Positions 9,071 through 18,428 of a stretch of DNA of 64,000 bases are shown in pieces. The notes under the pieces were generated by a model. The model had not been told where the DNA came from. It saw only the letters and a list, made by a program, of their open reading frames with translations, and made no database searches. Origin of the DNA: Nitrospinaceae bacterium (lineage in GTDB: Bacteria > Nitrospinota > Nitrospinia > Nitrospinales > VA-1); assembly GCA_046754465.1 (NCBI GenBank), contig JBHHVU010000013.1, forward strand, positions 444 through 64,443. The letters run 5' to 3'. Position 1 is the stretch's first letter. Every line of letters begins with the position of its first letter. Made by a program: the position numbers and the translations under genes.

Positions 9071-9252
9071 GGTTTACCTCTTGGGAAAATGGGTCTTACA
9101 GGAAATTTGCGGTTGATTGACGGTCTTCATTAACGGTAGGCTAATCATTAAACCCAGGGATGTCAACCCATTTGTTTATAGGACGTTGCCCGCTTTTGAG
9201 GGGTCTGCCTCCCAAATTTTCGGGCCGGATTCCGGTAAGCATGGGGGGAATT

Positions 9253-10479
9253 TTACTGGGGGCGGGGCGGGGTCAGGTGGCTTTTCAGGGAGCGGAACAG
9301 GATCATGGCTGCCAGGGTAATGAATAAAAGCGCGGACAAGGCGGCGCGATATTTGAAAGTGTGAGTGTCCTCAAAGACCCACACGACGCCGCCCCAAAGC
9401 AGTGGACCCAAGATCGACGCGGATTTTCCCGCCAGGCCGTACACGCCGAAAAATTCACCGACCTTTTCCGGCGGTGAGAGTTCGACAATAAAGACCCGGC
9501 TGACCACCCATACTCCCCCCATTCCCATGCCCGCCAGGGGGCCCACCAGCCAGAAAAGGGCCTGGCTCTGGCTCATTATCGCGATCAAGAGGGAGGCGGC
9601 CCACAAGCAAAGGACCCGCCAGTAGGCCCAGATGGCGCCTTTATGCTTGACCAGCCACCCCAGGGCAAAAGAGCCCACCATCGCGGCCACAGTGGAAGAA
9701 ATCAGGAACACCGTGATCTGGGCGTCGGTGAAGCCGATCACCTTGCTGGCGTAGACCGACATGAAGGCGATGACCGTGTGGACGACGTCCAGGATGAGGA
9801 AATGGATAACAATGAACTTCAGGAGAGGGCGGTAATGGGGGGTGCGCGCCAGCGTTTGCCAAAGGGTCTTAAAGGATTGCCCCAGGTTCACCCTACCGGG
9901 AGATTCACGGGCGGGGTCCTTGACGAAAAGAAAACAGGGAAGCGAAAAAAACAGGAACATGATGGCGGTGGGTATAAATGCGGCAGAACGGCCGCCCGCC
10001 TCGACGAAGGGCCGGACGAGGACCAGTCCCGCAATCGACCCGAGATACCCCAGGGCCACCCCGTATCCCGATACCAGGCCGACATTCCCGCCCCGGGCAA
10101 CCGAGGGCAGCATGCCATTGTAAAATACCATGGAGGACTGGTAGCAATAGTTGGCCAGGGCAAAAAGAATCAGTCCGGTCCCCAGTTGATCGGTCTCGCC
10201 GATCGCCGCCGTTCCCGCCACGCAAAGGAGGGTGAGCAGGATCAGGGGACCGCGCCGTCGGCCTGTTTGGTCGGAAACCGCCCCAAAGACGGGGACGCTC
10301 AAGGCCACCGCCAGCATCGAACCCGATAGCGCCGCGCTGTACAAGATATCCTTTCCCTCGTGGTCGACGGTAACCCACAGGGCAAAGTAGAGGGAGATGA
10401 CATTCATTGAAAAAATGGTGTTGGCAAAGTCGTACAGGGACCACGAAAGGATGACGAGTTTGCCGGGCCGGGGGCTCAC
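9253..10479 (-). CDS. MFS transporter (UMF1/ATG22-like)
   Basis: SWSLYDFAN N-terminus, ~12 hydrophobic segments, GEFFGVYGLAGK..SILGP; GTGA overlap with the upstream gene. Confidence 0.9.
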   Translation of the reverse strand: MSPRPGKLVILSWSLYDFANTIFSMNVISLYFALWVTVDHEGKDILYSAALSGSMLAVALSVPVFGAVSDQTGRRRGPLILLTLLCVAGTAAIGETDQLGTGLILFALANYCYQSSMVFYNGMLPSVARGGNVGLVSGYGVALGYLGSIAGLVLVRPFVEAGGRSAAFIPTAIMFLFFSLPCFLFVKDPARESPGRVNLGQSFKTLWQTLARTPHYRPLLKFIVIHFLILDVVHTVIAFMSVYASKVIGFTDAQITVFLISSTVAAMVGSFALGWLVKHKGAIWAYWRVLCLWAASLLIAIMSQSQALFWLVGPLAGMGMGGVWVVSRVFIVELSPPEKVGEFFGVYGLAGKSASILGPLLWGGVVWVFEDTHTFKYRAALSALLFITLAAMILFRSLKSHLTPPRPQ

Positions 10480-11276
10480 GGGACGGGGAGGACTGTCCGG
10501 AAACCGTAGATTTGATTCTTGATACTGGGGAGATTACGCGCCCGCCGGACTACCTGGACCCCGTCGAGGCCGTTAATCCAGGACCCGCCGCGCAGGACTT
10601 TCATCTTGAGGGGCCCCGCCGGGCCTTCGGGGTCGATCTCCGGGCTGATACGGTAATAATCCTTATCGTACCAGTCCAGGCACCATTCCCAAACGTTGCC
10701 GGAGGTATTGAACAATCCGAAGGGGCTCATTCCGGACTGATAATAATTGACGGGGGCGGTGTAGGGAAAATTGTCCGCATCCCCGAAGATATTGAGGAAA
10801 TAAAAGAAAAACCCCTTGTCCCATTTACCTCCCCAGGGCCAGAGCCTGCGGTCGTTGCCCCGCGCGGCTTTTTCCCATTCCGCCTCGGTGGGCAGCCGTT
10901 TGCCTTTCCAATGGGCATAAGCCAGCGCGTCGAACCAACTGATGCCCACCACAGGGTAATCCGGTTTGTTGAAATTTTCATCCTGCCAGAACTTGGGTTT
11001 TTCATGGCCGGTGGCCTGGACAAATTCCATGTATTCGGCGTTGGAAACCTCGTACTTGTCGATGAAGTAAGCGGAGGTGTATACAAAATGGAGGGGTTTT
11101 TCGTCTTCCCGGCCCGAGGAACCTCCCATGGGGAAATAACCTTGCGGGATGTAGACCATTCCCGGCGGCGGCGTGGGCTGGGGTGAACCGGGAGAAGGAA
11201 AAAACAGGAAGGAAAGAATCAGAAAGAGTACCACCCCGGCGGGATGGAACGGGGCTCTGCCCATGGAGGATTTCAT
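10476..11276 (-). CDS. exported formylglycine-generating enzyme (SUMF1/PvdO) family domain protein
   Basis: IDKYEVSN, PVVGISWFDA, RLPTEAEWEKAARG, SGNVWEW, RGGSW, YGFR; N-terminal signal peptide. Confidence 0.92.
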   Translation of the reverse strand: MKSSMGRAPFHPAGVVLFLILSFLFFPSPGSPQPTPPPGMVYIPQGYFPMGGSSGREDEKPLHFVYTSAYFIDKYEVSNAEYMEFVQATGHEKPKFWQDENFNKPDYPVVGISWFDALAYAHWKGKRLPTEAEWEKAARGNDRRLWPWGGKWDKGFFFYFLNIFGDADNFPYTAPVNYYQSGMSPFGLFNTSGNVWEWCLDWYDKDYYRISPEIDPEGPAGPLKMKVLRGGSWINGLDGVQVVRRARNLPSIKNQIYGFRTVLPVP

Positions 11277-11479
11277 GGAACGGTGAAAAAACCGATATAG
11301 GTCACCAGGTCTTCTTTTGTTTCTACCGGAAGATCTTGTTCTATGTTTTCAATATTGATCCATTGGTAGTGGCCGTTCCAGCAATTCAGGGTGACCACCG
11401 AATTGCCGTACCAGTCCATCGACCGATTGAGGAAAATCGGCGCTTGGCATTTTTGGCAATGTCCGCGGATTTCTAACAT
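11273..11479 (-). CDS. small putative zinc-ribbon protein, 68 aa
   Basis: ATG 11479 with RBS GGAAGGTG; CQKC...CWNGH; ATGA overlap with the FGE-domain gene. Confidence 0.7.
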   Translation of the reverse strand: MLEIRGHCQKCQAPIFLNRSMDWYGNSVVTLNCWNGHYQWINIENIEQDLPVETKEDLVTYIGFFTVP

Positions 11480-11738
11480 GAAATAACACCTTCCAACCCC
11501 TTCTTCACCAGGGCAAGATCTGGAACCCACCATTTTCAATAATGAAAAGTTCCATAAGATATAGCAAATTTTAGGCTGGAAAATCAATGATGCGCAAGAA
11601 ATATTTGCATTGCCGGTCAAATTGATTTTGGAGTTTTTGCGGAAAAGTCAAGTTTTTTTTGCCGGATGGAGAAGTCAGAACGCCGGGCCGGGGGCCTTTT
11701 CTCACGGTCCAATGGGGATTTCCGGTGGGAATCCGGCC

Positions 11739-12317
11739 TCAGTCCACCGCGCATCCCGCTTGCCTGAGAAGTTTGCGGACGGTGTCGAGGGGCAGGCCCA
11801 CGATGTTTGAAAAGGAGCCTTTGAAGGAGGCCACCATAAAGGCACCCCGGCCCTGAATGGCGTAGGCTCCCGCTTTGTCCATGGGTTCCCCCGATGCGAT
11901 ATAGCGGCTGATTTCCTCATTCGTCAGGGGACGGATATGGACCTTGGAGGTCACGGTCTCTTCAAACAGGCCGGAATTCACCACGGCCACGCCGGTGATG
12001 ACCTGATGTTCTTTCCCACTCAAACGCCGGAGGATGCGATGCGCGTTTTCCGTGTCCGTGGGTTTCCCGATGATCTCGCCATCGAGCACGACGAGGGTAT
12101 CGGCGCCGATGACACAATGGCCGGGGAATTTTCCCGCCACGTTGCGGGCTTTTTGCCGGGCGAGGGCGAGTGCGTTCTCCTCGGGGGTGAGTTCAAGACG
12201 CAAGATTTCCTCCACGGCGCTGGGGACCGCCTTGAAGTGGGACGTAATCTTCCGGAGAAGCTCCAGCCGGCGCGGTGATTGGGACGCCAGGATGATGGGT
12301 TTTCGCGTTTCCGTCAT
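11739..12317 (-). CDS. maf: Maf-family nucleoside triphosphate pyrophosphatase
   Basis: ILASQSPRR, IGADTLV, GKP, EPMDKAGAYAIQG, NIVGLP. Confidence 0.95.
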   Translation of the reverse strand: MTETRKPIILASQSPRRLELLRKITSHFKAVPSAVEEILRLELTPEENALALARQKARNVAGKFPGHCVIGADTLVVLDGEIIGKPTDTENAHRILRRLSGKEHQVITGVAVVNSGLFEETVTSKVHIRPLTNEEISRYIASGEPMDKAGAYAIQGRGAFMVASFKGSFSNIVGLPLDTVRKLLRQAGCAVD

Positions 12318-12515
12318 GACGGGTTCGAGGTTTGCCCGGCTTTTGGGGGCTTGCCGGCGGTGGGTTGCATGAACATTCTCATTGGAAAAGAATCGGAATC
12401 TATTTTATTATATAAAACATATCTTACTGGAAATATAATTGATCCGGCGCCTTCGCATGACTCCATGATCATCGGGAGCGGCAGGGGACGGATTTTTCGA
12501 ATCGGGGCGGAATTT

Positions 12516-12908
12516 ATGGCTGGCTCTACTTATCAAATTCAGGTGCGGCACATTGTGGTGGGTGAAAAAGAGGTTGCGGAACTTTTGTTGGAAACCATTA
12601 ACGCTGCTCCCTCGGGAACCGCCAGGGTCAAATTGTTCATGAAACTGGCGGAAAAGTACAGCCAGTGTCCGTCGAGGGTGGATGGGGGCAACCTCGGCTG
12701 GCTGGAACTGGAATGGAATATGACCGACCCAAGAATGCCTCGCGGCGGATTCAAGAAACTCGAGAACGAGGAACTGTACGAGTTCATCAAAGAAAATGCG
12801 GACAAAAAAACGATGGATCCGAAAATCGCTTCCGGCCCTGTGAAAACCCATGAAGGGTACCACGTAGTGATCATCGCCAACAAGATCAAAACCGAAAGAA
12901 TTCTTTAG
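12516..12908 (+). CDS. single-domain parvulin (PpiC-like) with an internal insertion
   Basis: VRHIVV, LAEKYSQCPS..GGNLGW, GPVKTHEGYHVV; start placed at ATG 12516. Confidence 0.8.
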   Translation: MAGSTYQIQVRHIVVGEKEVAELLLETINAAPSGTARVKLFMKLAEKYSQCPSRVDGGNLGWLELEWNMTDPRMPRGGFKKLENEELYEFIKENADKKTMDPKIASGPVKTHEGYHVVIIANKIKTERIL

Positions 12909-13020
12909 GGCCTCCGTCCGGGCCGGGGAATCACCCGGTTCCGGACCCCCGATGGTGTGAATTACCCTCCCATCCCTGTCTCGGAAATTAAAACCGGAAG
13001 AATTTTTCGGCACTCTCCCT

Positions 13021-14118
13021 TTAAACCTTCAACGCATCCGCTTTCCCTTCCTCCACGAAATTGTAAGCGAAACAACCGCTGGAACAACGCACCATGTAAT
13101 GGGGGCAGGACCGGCAGGGTTCTTTAACCTCGGTTTTCTGGAAAACCGTGCTGAGGAATTTGGACCCCATTTTTGCCGCCGCGATGGAGTTGACTTCCTT
13201 GAAGTCGCCAACGTTGCCCAGTTTCAGGTTGTGAAAGGGGAAACAATTGAAACAGTCGCCATGGCCGTCGATATCCATAGGGCTTCCATCGGCGCAGCCG
13301 AAATAGAGGTCCTGTTCTTTCCATTCCCGGATATCCGGGAGTTCCTTGTTGCCGTGAAAATAAATCCTTTCTACCAGCGGGTATTCCGTCTCATCAATTT
13401 CATCCAGGAAACAGGGAGGAAACGAGCAATCGAAACGGAAACAGAGTTGCGGGAACTCCTTGAGAATTTTGAGCATCCTCCGGCCCACTTTGGGGTAATC
13501 CCGGATGGGCAGGTAGATATTTTTTTCCTCGCCCACAATGGGGAAGGCCGGGCTGACCCGAATTTTATATTTCTGCTCGCGGGGCAGTCCCGCTGTCTGG
13601 TAGATCGCGTCAATTTCCGCGCATTGGGTGTAAAGGTCCTGAGTTTTGGAATACAAATTGATGCTGAAGGTGACACTGTAACCGTTGATCCCCAGAAGTT
13701 GTTTGGCAACGGCGCGGCATCTCTGGTGATTTTTTGGTGAGATGTTTTCCAGGGTTTGCCAGTTTAGAAGAATGGCGAAAAAAATCTTGCGTTGAACAGA
13801 GCCCTCCGCGCTCGCAGTTTGCGTCAACAGGTCGAGCACCTTTTCCGGCATCAGGCCGTTGGTGAAAACACTCAGGGAGGAATATGGATTCACCGCGTTC
13901 AGGGTCCGGGTAAAGATATCGCCGAACCGGGGATGGAGTGTGGGTTCGCCCCCCATGAAATTGATGACAGGAGACCTTTTGATTTTTGGCAGCAGTTCAT
14001 TGATGAAAAAATCGAATTCCATGGACTTGCCCGGCGTTCGAACCGTTTCTTCCATGTATTCGTCGGCGAAACAGTAATTGCACTTCAAATTGCAATAGCT
14101 GTTTAATATGATATTCAC
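13021..14118 (-). CDS. radical SAM protein with a C-terminal SPASM-like Cys cluster
   Basis: CNLKCNYC, MGGEPTLHP, FTNG; C-terminal GC..CFNC..CRSC....RCSSGC. Confidence 0.9.
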   Translation of the reverse strand: MNIILNSYCNLKCNYCFADEYMEETVRTPGKSMEFDFFINELLPKIKRSPVINFMGGEPTLHPRFGDIFTRTLNAVNPYSSLSVFTNGLMPEKVLDLLTQTASAEGSVQRKIFFAILLNWQTLENISPKNHQRCRAVAKQLLGINGYSVTFSINLYSKTQDLYTQCAEIDAIYQTAGLPREQKYKIRVSPAFPIVGEEKNIYLPIRDYPKVGRRMLKILKEFPQLCFRFDCSFPPCFLDEIDETEYPLVERIYFHGNKELPDIREWKEQDLYFGCADGSPMDIDGHGDCFNCFPFHNLKLGNVGDFKEVNSIAAAKMGSKFLSTVFQKTEVKEPCRSCPHYMVRCSSGCFAYNFVEEGKADALKV

Positions 14119-14282
14119 GGGATTTCTCCCAAAAAGGATAAAGGAGAATTCCCGGTTTCCGGGCCAGGGCCGTTCTGCCCCGGCGCGCCGGTTTCAGGCG
14201 GTCGATGTGGGAATTTCCCTTTTTTCTATAGGAATTTGTCCCTATCATACCATCCGTAGGCGCGGATTTTCATGAAATTCCC

Positions 14283-14567
14283 TCAGGGTTCGAACTTTTT
14301 CTTTCTTCGTAGAATCTGGGTGGTCCCGGCATGGGCGACCAGCTTCAGTTCGAAGGGGTGGGTGCGGGAAATGTTTACGAGAGTTTGGATGGCCTTGTCT
14401 TTCGCGTCGGTTTCATCTTCCGCCTCGCATTTCATTTCCCAGGCATTACTGACGGTGGGGATTTTTTCGATTCCATGTTCATCCATCCGCAAGAAAATAT
14501 CCTTTTGATCTTCCTCACGGATGTCGTTGAATTCAGCTACGATCAATACGTTGTATGCTTGCGTCAA
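14283..14567 (-). CDS. hypothetical protein, 94 aa
   Basis: TTG start with strong RBS GGAGGA; alternating beta/alpha pattern. Confidence 0.7.
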   Translation of the reverse strand: MTQAYNVLIVAEFNDIREEDQKDIFLRMDEHGIEKIPTVSNAWEMKCEAEDETDAKDKAIQTLVNISRTHPFELKLVAHAGTTQILRRKKKFEP

Positions 14568-14718
14568 GGGTTTCCTCCGTTTTTGAAAAGGATGTGGGTG
14601 GATTCAGGAAATCCATGGTGTATACTATGCCTGAAAAAATGAAAACGCGTCAAATTTTTCCCCCGGGCTCCGAAGCGGAGCGGACCATTTTTTCTCACCC
14701 ACCAACCCCCGGTACCCC

Positions 14719-16236
14719 TTGTCTTCCTTCCAGCGCTTCTTAACCAATATTTCCTGGAACGTTTTCGGAAAGATTTGCGTTCAATTGATATTGTTCGCGG
14801 TCTCTATTCTTCTCACCCGGTACCTGGGCCGGGAACGCCTTGGCGTGTATGCCACTCTACTCGTGATCCCCGCTTTCGTGAGACTGGTGAACCAGTTCGG
14901 CCTGGAAACCCTGATCAATAAAAAACTTCCGGAGCTCCAGGTTCGCGATCCGAGCGGAAAACAGGGCCGGTTCCTCGTCCGGCTGCTTATAAGGACCCGT
15001 CTGCTTTCGTCCCTGGCGTTTTGCGGCATTCTTTATATCGCGTTGCCGTTTTACCTGGATTGGGTTCAGCATCCGGAACTTTTAAAGTACCGTCCCGCCC
15101 TCATTTTTTATTTTCTGGCGATCACGGTGAACTCTCTTTTGAGCACCCTGCTGATGACGCTATTGAGGTACAAGCTCGTAGCGGCCCTGGAAACCCTGAG
15201 CGCGTTGTTGAACCTGATTTTGCTGGGGGTTTTTATTTTTCTGGATGCGGGAATCGCGGGGGTCCTTTACGCCTACATTCTTTCCACGTTCGTGAACATT
15301 TTTGTGAGCGCCTTTATGGTGCGGAAAGAGGTGGTGGGTCCGGCCGCGCCGCCCCCATGGGGAGAAATGAAAAAGCTGGCCTGGGTCTCGTATTGGATCA
15401 CTTTGTTCAGTTTCGGGTTGATGGTTCAAAGCGACGTGGTGATGATGAATTATTTTCAGGTGGATAACGTTCGCGTGGGGTATTACCATCTGGCCACGGG
15501 TCTGGGAGCTATGCTGGCTTTTGTGTTGACGGGGGTAGGGCCGCTCGGCCTGTCGATATTGTCTTCCACCCATGCCCGCGAATCCCGTGAAGGTTTGTCC
15601 CGGGTGTGGTGTGAGATCGTCGGGTTCGCGGCGTTTTTGACGACGCCCATCTTTGTGTTCGCGTTTTTCAACGCCGAACCTCTCATCGCTTTCGTCTATG
15701 GGAAGCCCTTTGCCGGCGCCGCGGCGGCCCTGTCGTTTTATGTGGTTTTTCTCGGGGCGGCGGCCGCGCTGGGAACCGATTTTACCGTCTCCACCCTTTT
15801 CATTCTCCAGAAAAGGAAAACGGCCCTGCAATCGAATATCGAAGGCAGCGTGATCAACGTTCTCTTGAACCTGGTCCTCATTCCTCGTTATGGAGAATTG
15901 GGGGCAGTGGCCGCTACGGGCAGTGTCATGGTGTATATGGTGATCCGGCAGCTTTACGCGATACAGAAGGAAATAACCATCCGCCCGGTTTTCAGGACCC
16001 TCTCCAGGTGCCTGTTTTTCTCCCTGGCCGCGGTCCTGCCCGCCGAACTGGTGGCCCGGGTGGTGGCGGATCACATTCTTCTGAACGCGGGAGTTTACCT
16101 GGTTTCGTTCTTTTTCCTGCTGGTTTGGATTAAACCGTTTACCGAGGACCACCGCCGCCTGGTCGCCGGCATCCATCCGGGACTGGACCCTTGGTTTCGC
16201 CGGTTCGCGGTGGGGAGCGGAAGTGAAGCCCGTTAG
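14719..16236 (+). CDS. oligosaccharide flippase (Wzx/MOP superfamily)
   Basis: FLTNISW..LLTRYLG..LGVY, VGYYHLA, NVLLNLVLIPRYGELGAVAAT; many TM segments. Confidence 0.88.
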   Translation: MSSFQRFLTNISWNVFGKICVQLILFAVSILLTRYLGRERLGVYATLLVIPAFVRLVNQFGLETLINKKLPELQVRDPSGKQGRFLVRLLIRTRLLSSLAFCGILYIALPFYLDWVQHPELLKYRPALIFYFLAITVNSLLSTLLMTLLRYKLVAALETLSALLNLILLGVFIFLDAGIAGVLYAYILSTFVNIFVSAFMVRKEVVGPAAPPPWGEMKKLAWVSYWITLFSFGLMVQSDVVMMNYFQVDNVRVGYYHLATGLGAMLAFVLTGVGPLGLSILSSTHARESREGLSRVWCEIVGFAAFLTTPIFVFAFFNAEPLIAFVYGKPFAGAAAALSFYVVFLGAAAALGTDFTVSTLFILQKRKTALQSNIEGSVINVLLNLVLIPRYGELGAVAATGSVMVYMVIRQLYAIQKEITIRPVFRTLSRCLFFSLAAVLPAELVARVVADHILLNAGVYLVSFFFLLVWIKPFTEDHRRLVAGIHPGLDPWFRRFAVGSGSEAR

Positions 16237-16301
16237 TGGCGGGAACTCTTGCGTCCCGCGCCTTTAGAGGCCAACCCGTTATGCGGGATGAGGATTTGGA
16301 T

Positions 16302-17351
16302 ATGGAAACGGAGCACACCATGGAATTTTGCGGAAAACCGCTCGGGCCGGGGCACCCTCCCTTTGTTGTGGCGGAGGTCGGTTTCAACCACCTGGGCGAC
16401 GTGAAACTCGCGCGAAGGATGGTCGAGGCCGCGGCGGAAAACTTAGCCGACGCGGTGAAGCTCCAGACCTTCGTCGGAGAGGAACTGGTTTCCAAACGCC
16501 ACATGGCGGAAGACCCGGAACACCCCGGCCGGGAAATTCCCCTGTACGAATTTTTCCGGCGGTACGAACTGACCCGAAAAGAATATGAGGAGCTTTTCGA
16601 ACACGCCCGCCAATTGGGAATTCCCCTGTTTTCCACCCCTTTTGATGAAACCTCGCTGAATATGCTGGTGGAATTGAACGTTCCGGCGGTCAAGATCGCC
16701 TCGCCCGACCTGACCCACCTGCCACTTTTGCGGTGCACCGCGCGGACGGGGTTGCCGGTCGTTATTTCTTCCGGCATGGCCGAGTCCGCTGAAATCGAAC
16801 AGGCATTGAAAACCATTCGGGGGGAGGGGAACGGCCGGATTATTCTTTTGCACTGCGTTTCTCATTACCCTTCGCGGCACGAGGAAATGAATTTACGTTG
16901 TCTCCCCCGGCTGCGGTCTGATTTCTCGGTTCCCGTCGGGCTCTCCGACCACACGTTGGACCAAGTGTCGGCCATGGTGGCTGCCGCCTTGGGCGCGGTC
17001 ATGATTGAGAAACATTTCACCATCGACCGGAAACTCCCGGGCGCCGATAACGCCATCTCCATGGAACCCGATGACCTGCGCGCGTTGAAAACCGCCGTGA
17101 CCGAAGTCACCCAAATCCTGGGAGATGACAGGAAACGGATTCAGCCTTCCGAGGAACCCGTCAGGAAATCCGCCCGGAGAAGTATTGTCGCCCGGGTGGA
17201 TATCGAACCGGGAACCGTGCTCACCGAGGAGATGCTGGCCGTGAAACGTCCGGGAACGGGGATTTCCCCTGAATTTCTGGATCGCCTGATCGGAAAGCCC
17301 GCCAAACGGAAAATCCTTGCTGAGCAGGTGATCCTTTGGGATATGGTTTGA
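16302..17351 (+). CDS. NeuB-family nonulosonic acid synthase with C-terminal SAF domain
   Basis: VAEVGFNHLGD, ADAVKLQTF, KIAS, LLHCVSHYP, GLSDHT, IEKHFT, KRPGTGISP; start uncertain (16281/16302/16320). Confidence 0.93.
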   Translation: METEHTMEFCGKPLGPGHPPFVVAEVGFNHLGDVKLARRMVEAAAENLADAVKLQTFVGEELVSKRHMAEDPEHPGREIPLYEFFRRYELTRKEYEELFEHARQLGIPLFSTPFDETSLNMLVELNVPAVKIASPDLTHLPLLRCTARTGLPVVISSGMAESAEIEQALKTIRGEGNGRIILLHCVSHYPSRHEEMNLRCLPRLRSDFSVPVGLSDHTLDQVSAMVAAALGAVMIEKHFTIDRKLPGADNAISMEPDDLRALKTAVTEVTQILGDDRKRIQPSEEPVRKSARRSIVARVDIEPGTVLTEEMLAVKRPGTGISPEFLDRLIGKPAKRKILAEQVILWDMV

Positions 17352-17414
17352 ATCGGTGGTGAGACCTAAACTTTTCCCGGGTAGGGGAAGATATCCCGGA
17401 CCCTTGCCCCTCTT

Positions 17415-18416
17415 TTACCCGGTGATCCCGCTTTCTTCAGGCTGCATGCCGATTTCCGGTTCCGGCCGGATACGGCAAAGCCCCGCCGCCACGCTTCCCA
17501 GGATGCAGTGGGTGAGGGCGGAGATGGCGCCGGGAACGGTGGCCAGTCCGAAAGCGGGAAAGTTGCTTCGCGCCAGTTCCGTGGCGAGACCGGAGTTTTG
17601 CATGCCGACCTCGATGGATACGGTCTGGGCGTCGCGCTTCTGGAATTTGAGCCATCGGGATAACACATACCCCAGGATGAAACCCAGGGCATGGAGCAGG
17701 AAGATCGCTGCCAGCAGGGAAAGGCCGCTCTCCATAATCGCTCCCTTCTTCGCCGCCAGGATGAAATCGACGATAAAGACGATCGACAACACCGCCAGCA
17801 GAGGCGTGTAGGCGTTCACCTTTCTGACCCAGGAATGGAAGTAATGGTTCAGAAACACGCCCATGATAACCGGGACAATGACGACCTTGAAGGTGTTGAT
17901 CAAGAGTCCCAGAGTGTCGACCTGGATGGGGTTCCCCAGAAGGTCCCGTGAAAGGGACTCGATCAGCAGGGTCGTCAAAAGAGGAGTCATGAGGACCGCG
18001 AGCAGGGTGGAGAAAGTGGTCAGGCTGACGGAGAGGGCCACGTTGGTCCGGGCGATGAAACAGACCACGTTGGAGGCGGTGCCGCCGGGACAGCAGGCCA
18101 CCAGAACCATCCCGATAATGTAATCGATGGGCAGGTGAAACGCCCGGGAAAGGGTAAACCCCAGAAAGGGCATGATGAGGTACTGAAGGCCCACTCCCAG
18201 GAAGATCGGCCTGGGGATTTGAAACACGCGCAAAAAATCCTTGAAGTCGAGGGTCAACCCCATGCTCAGCATGATCACGCCGAGAAAAAAGGGAATCCAG
18301 GTGGGTTGAAACCACAGGGCCGTGGCCGGATTCCAAAAAGCGAGGACCGCTCCCGCCAGGACCCATAGGGGAAACGCATTGGCCAGGGCGAGGAAAAGCC
18401 TTTCGGTCTTGTTCAC
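17415..18416 (-). CDS. bile acid:sodium symporter (BASS) family transporter
   Basis: IMLSMGLTL, CCPGGTASNV, SIEVGMQNSGLA. Confidence 0.93.
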   Translation of the reverse strand: MNKTERLFLALANAFPLWVLAGAVLAFWNPATALWFQPTWIPFFLGVIMLSMGLTLDFKDFLRVFQIPRPIFLGVGLQYLIMPFLGFTLSRAFHLPIDYIIGMVLVACCPGGTASNVVCFIARTNVALSVSLTTFSTLLAVLMTPLLTTLLIESLSRDLLGNPIQVDTLGLLINTFKVVIVPVIMGVFLNHYFHSWVRKVNAYTPLLAVLSIVFIVDFILAAKKGAIMESGLSLLAAIFLLHALGFILGYVLSRWLKFQKRDAQTVSIEVGMQNSGLATELARSNFPAFGLATVPGAISALTHCILGSVAAGLCRIRPEPEIGMQPEESGITG

Positions 18417-18428
18417 GGAGGAAGCGGA

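Noticed and set aside
14283..14567. Calling the 94-aa protein Cas2 or VapD
   Set aside because: Only a loose fold-pattern resemblance; the conserved YD motif is absent and there is no CRISPR context
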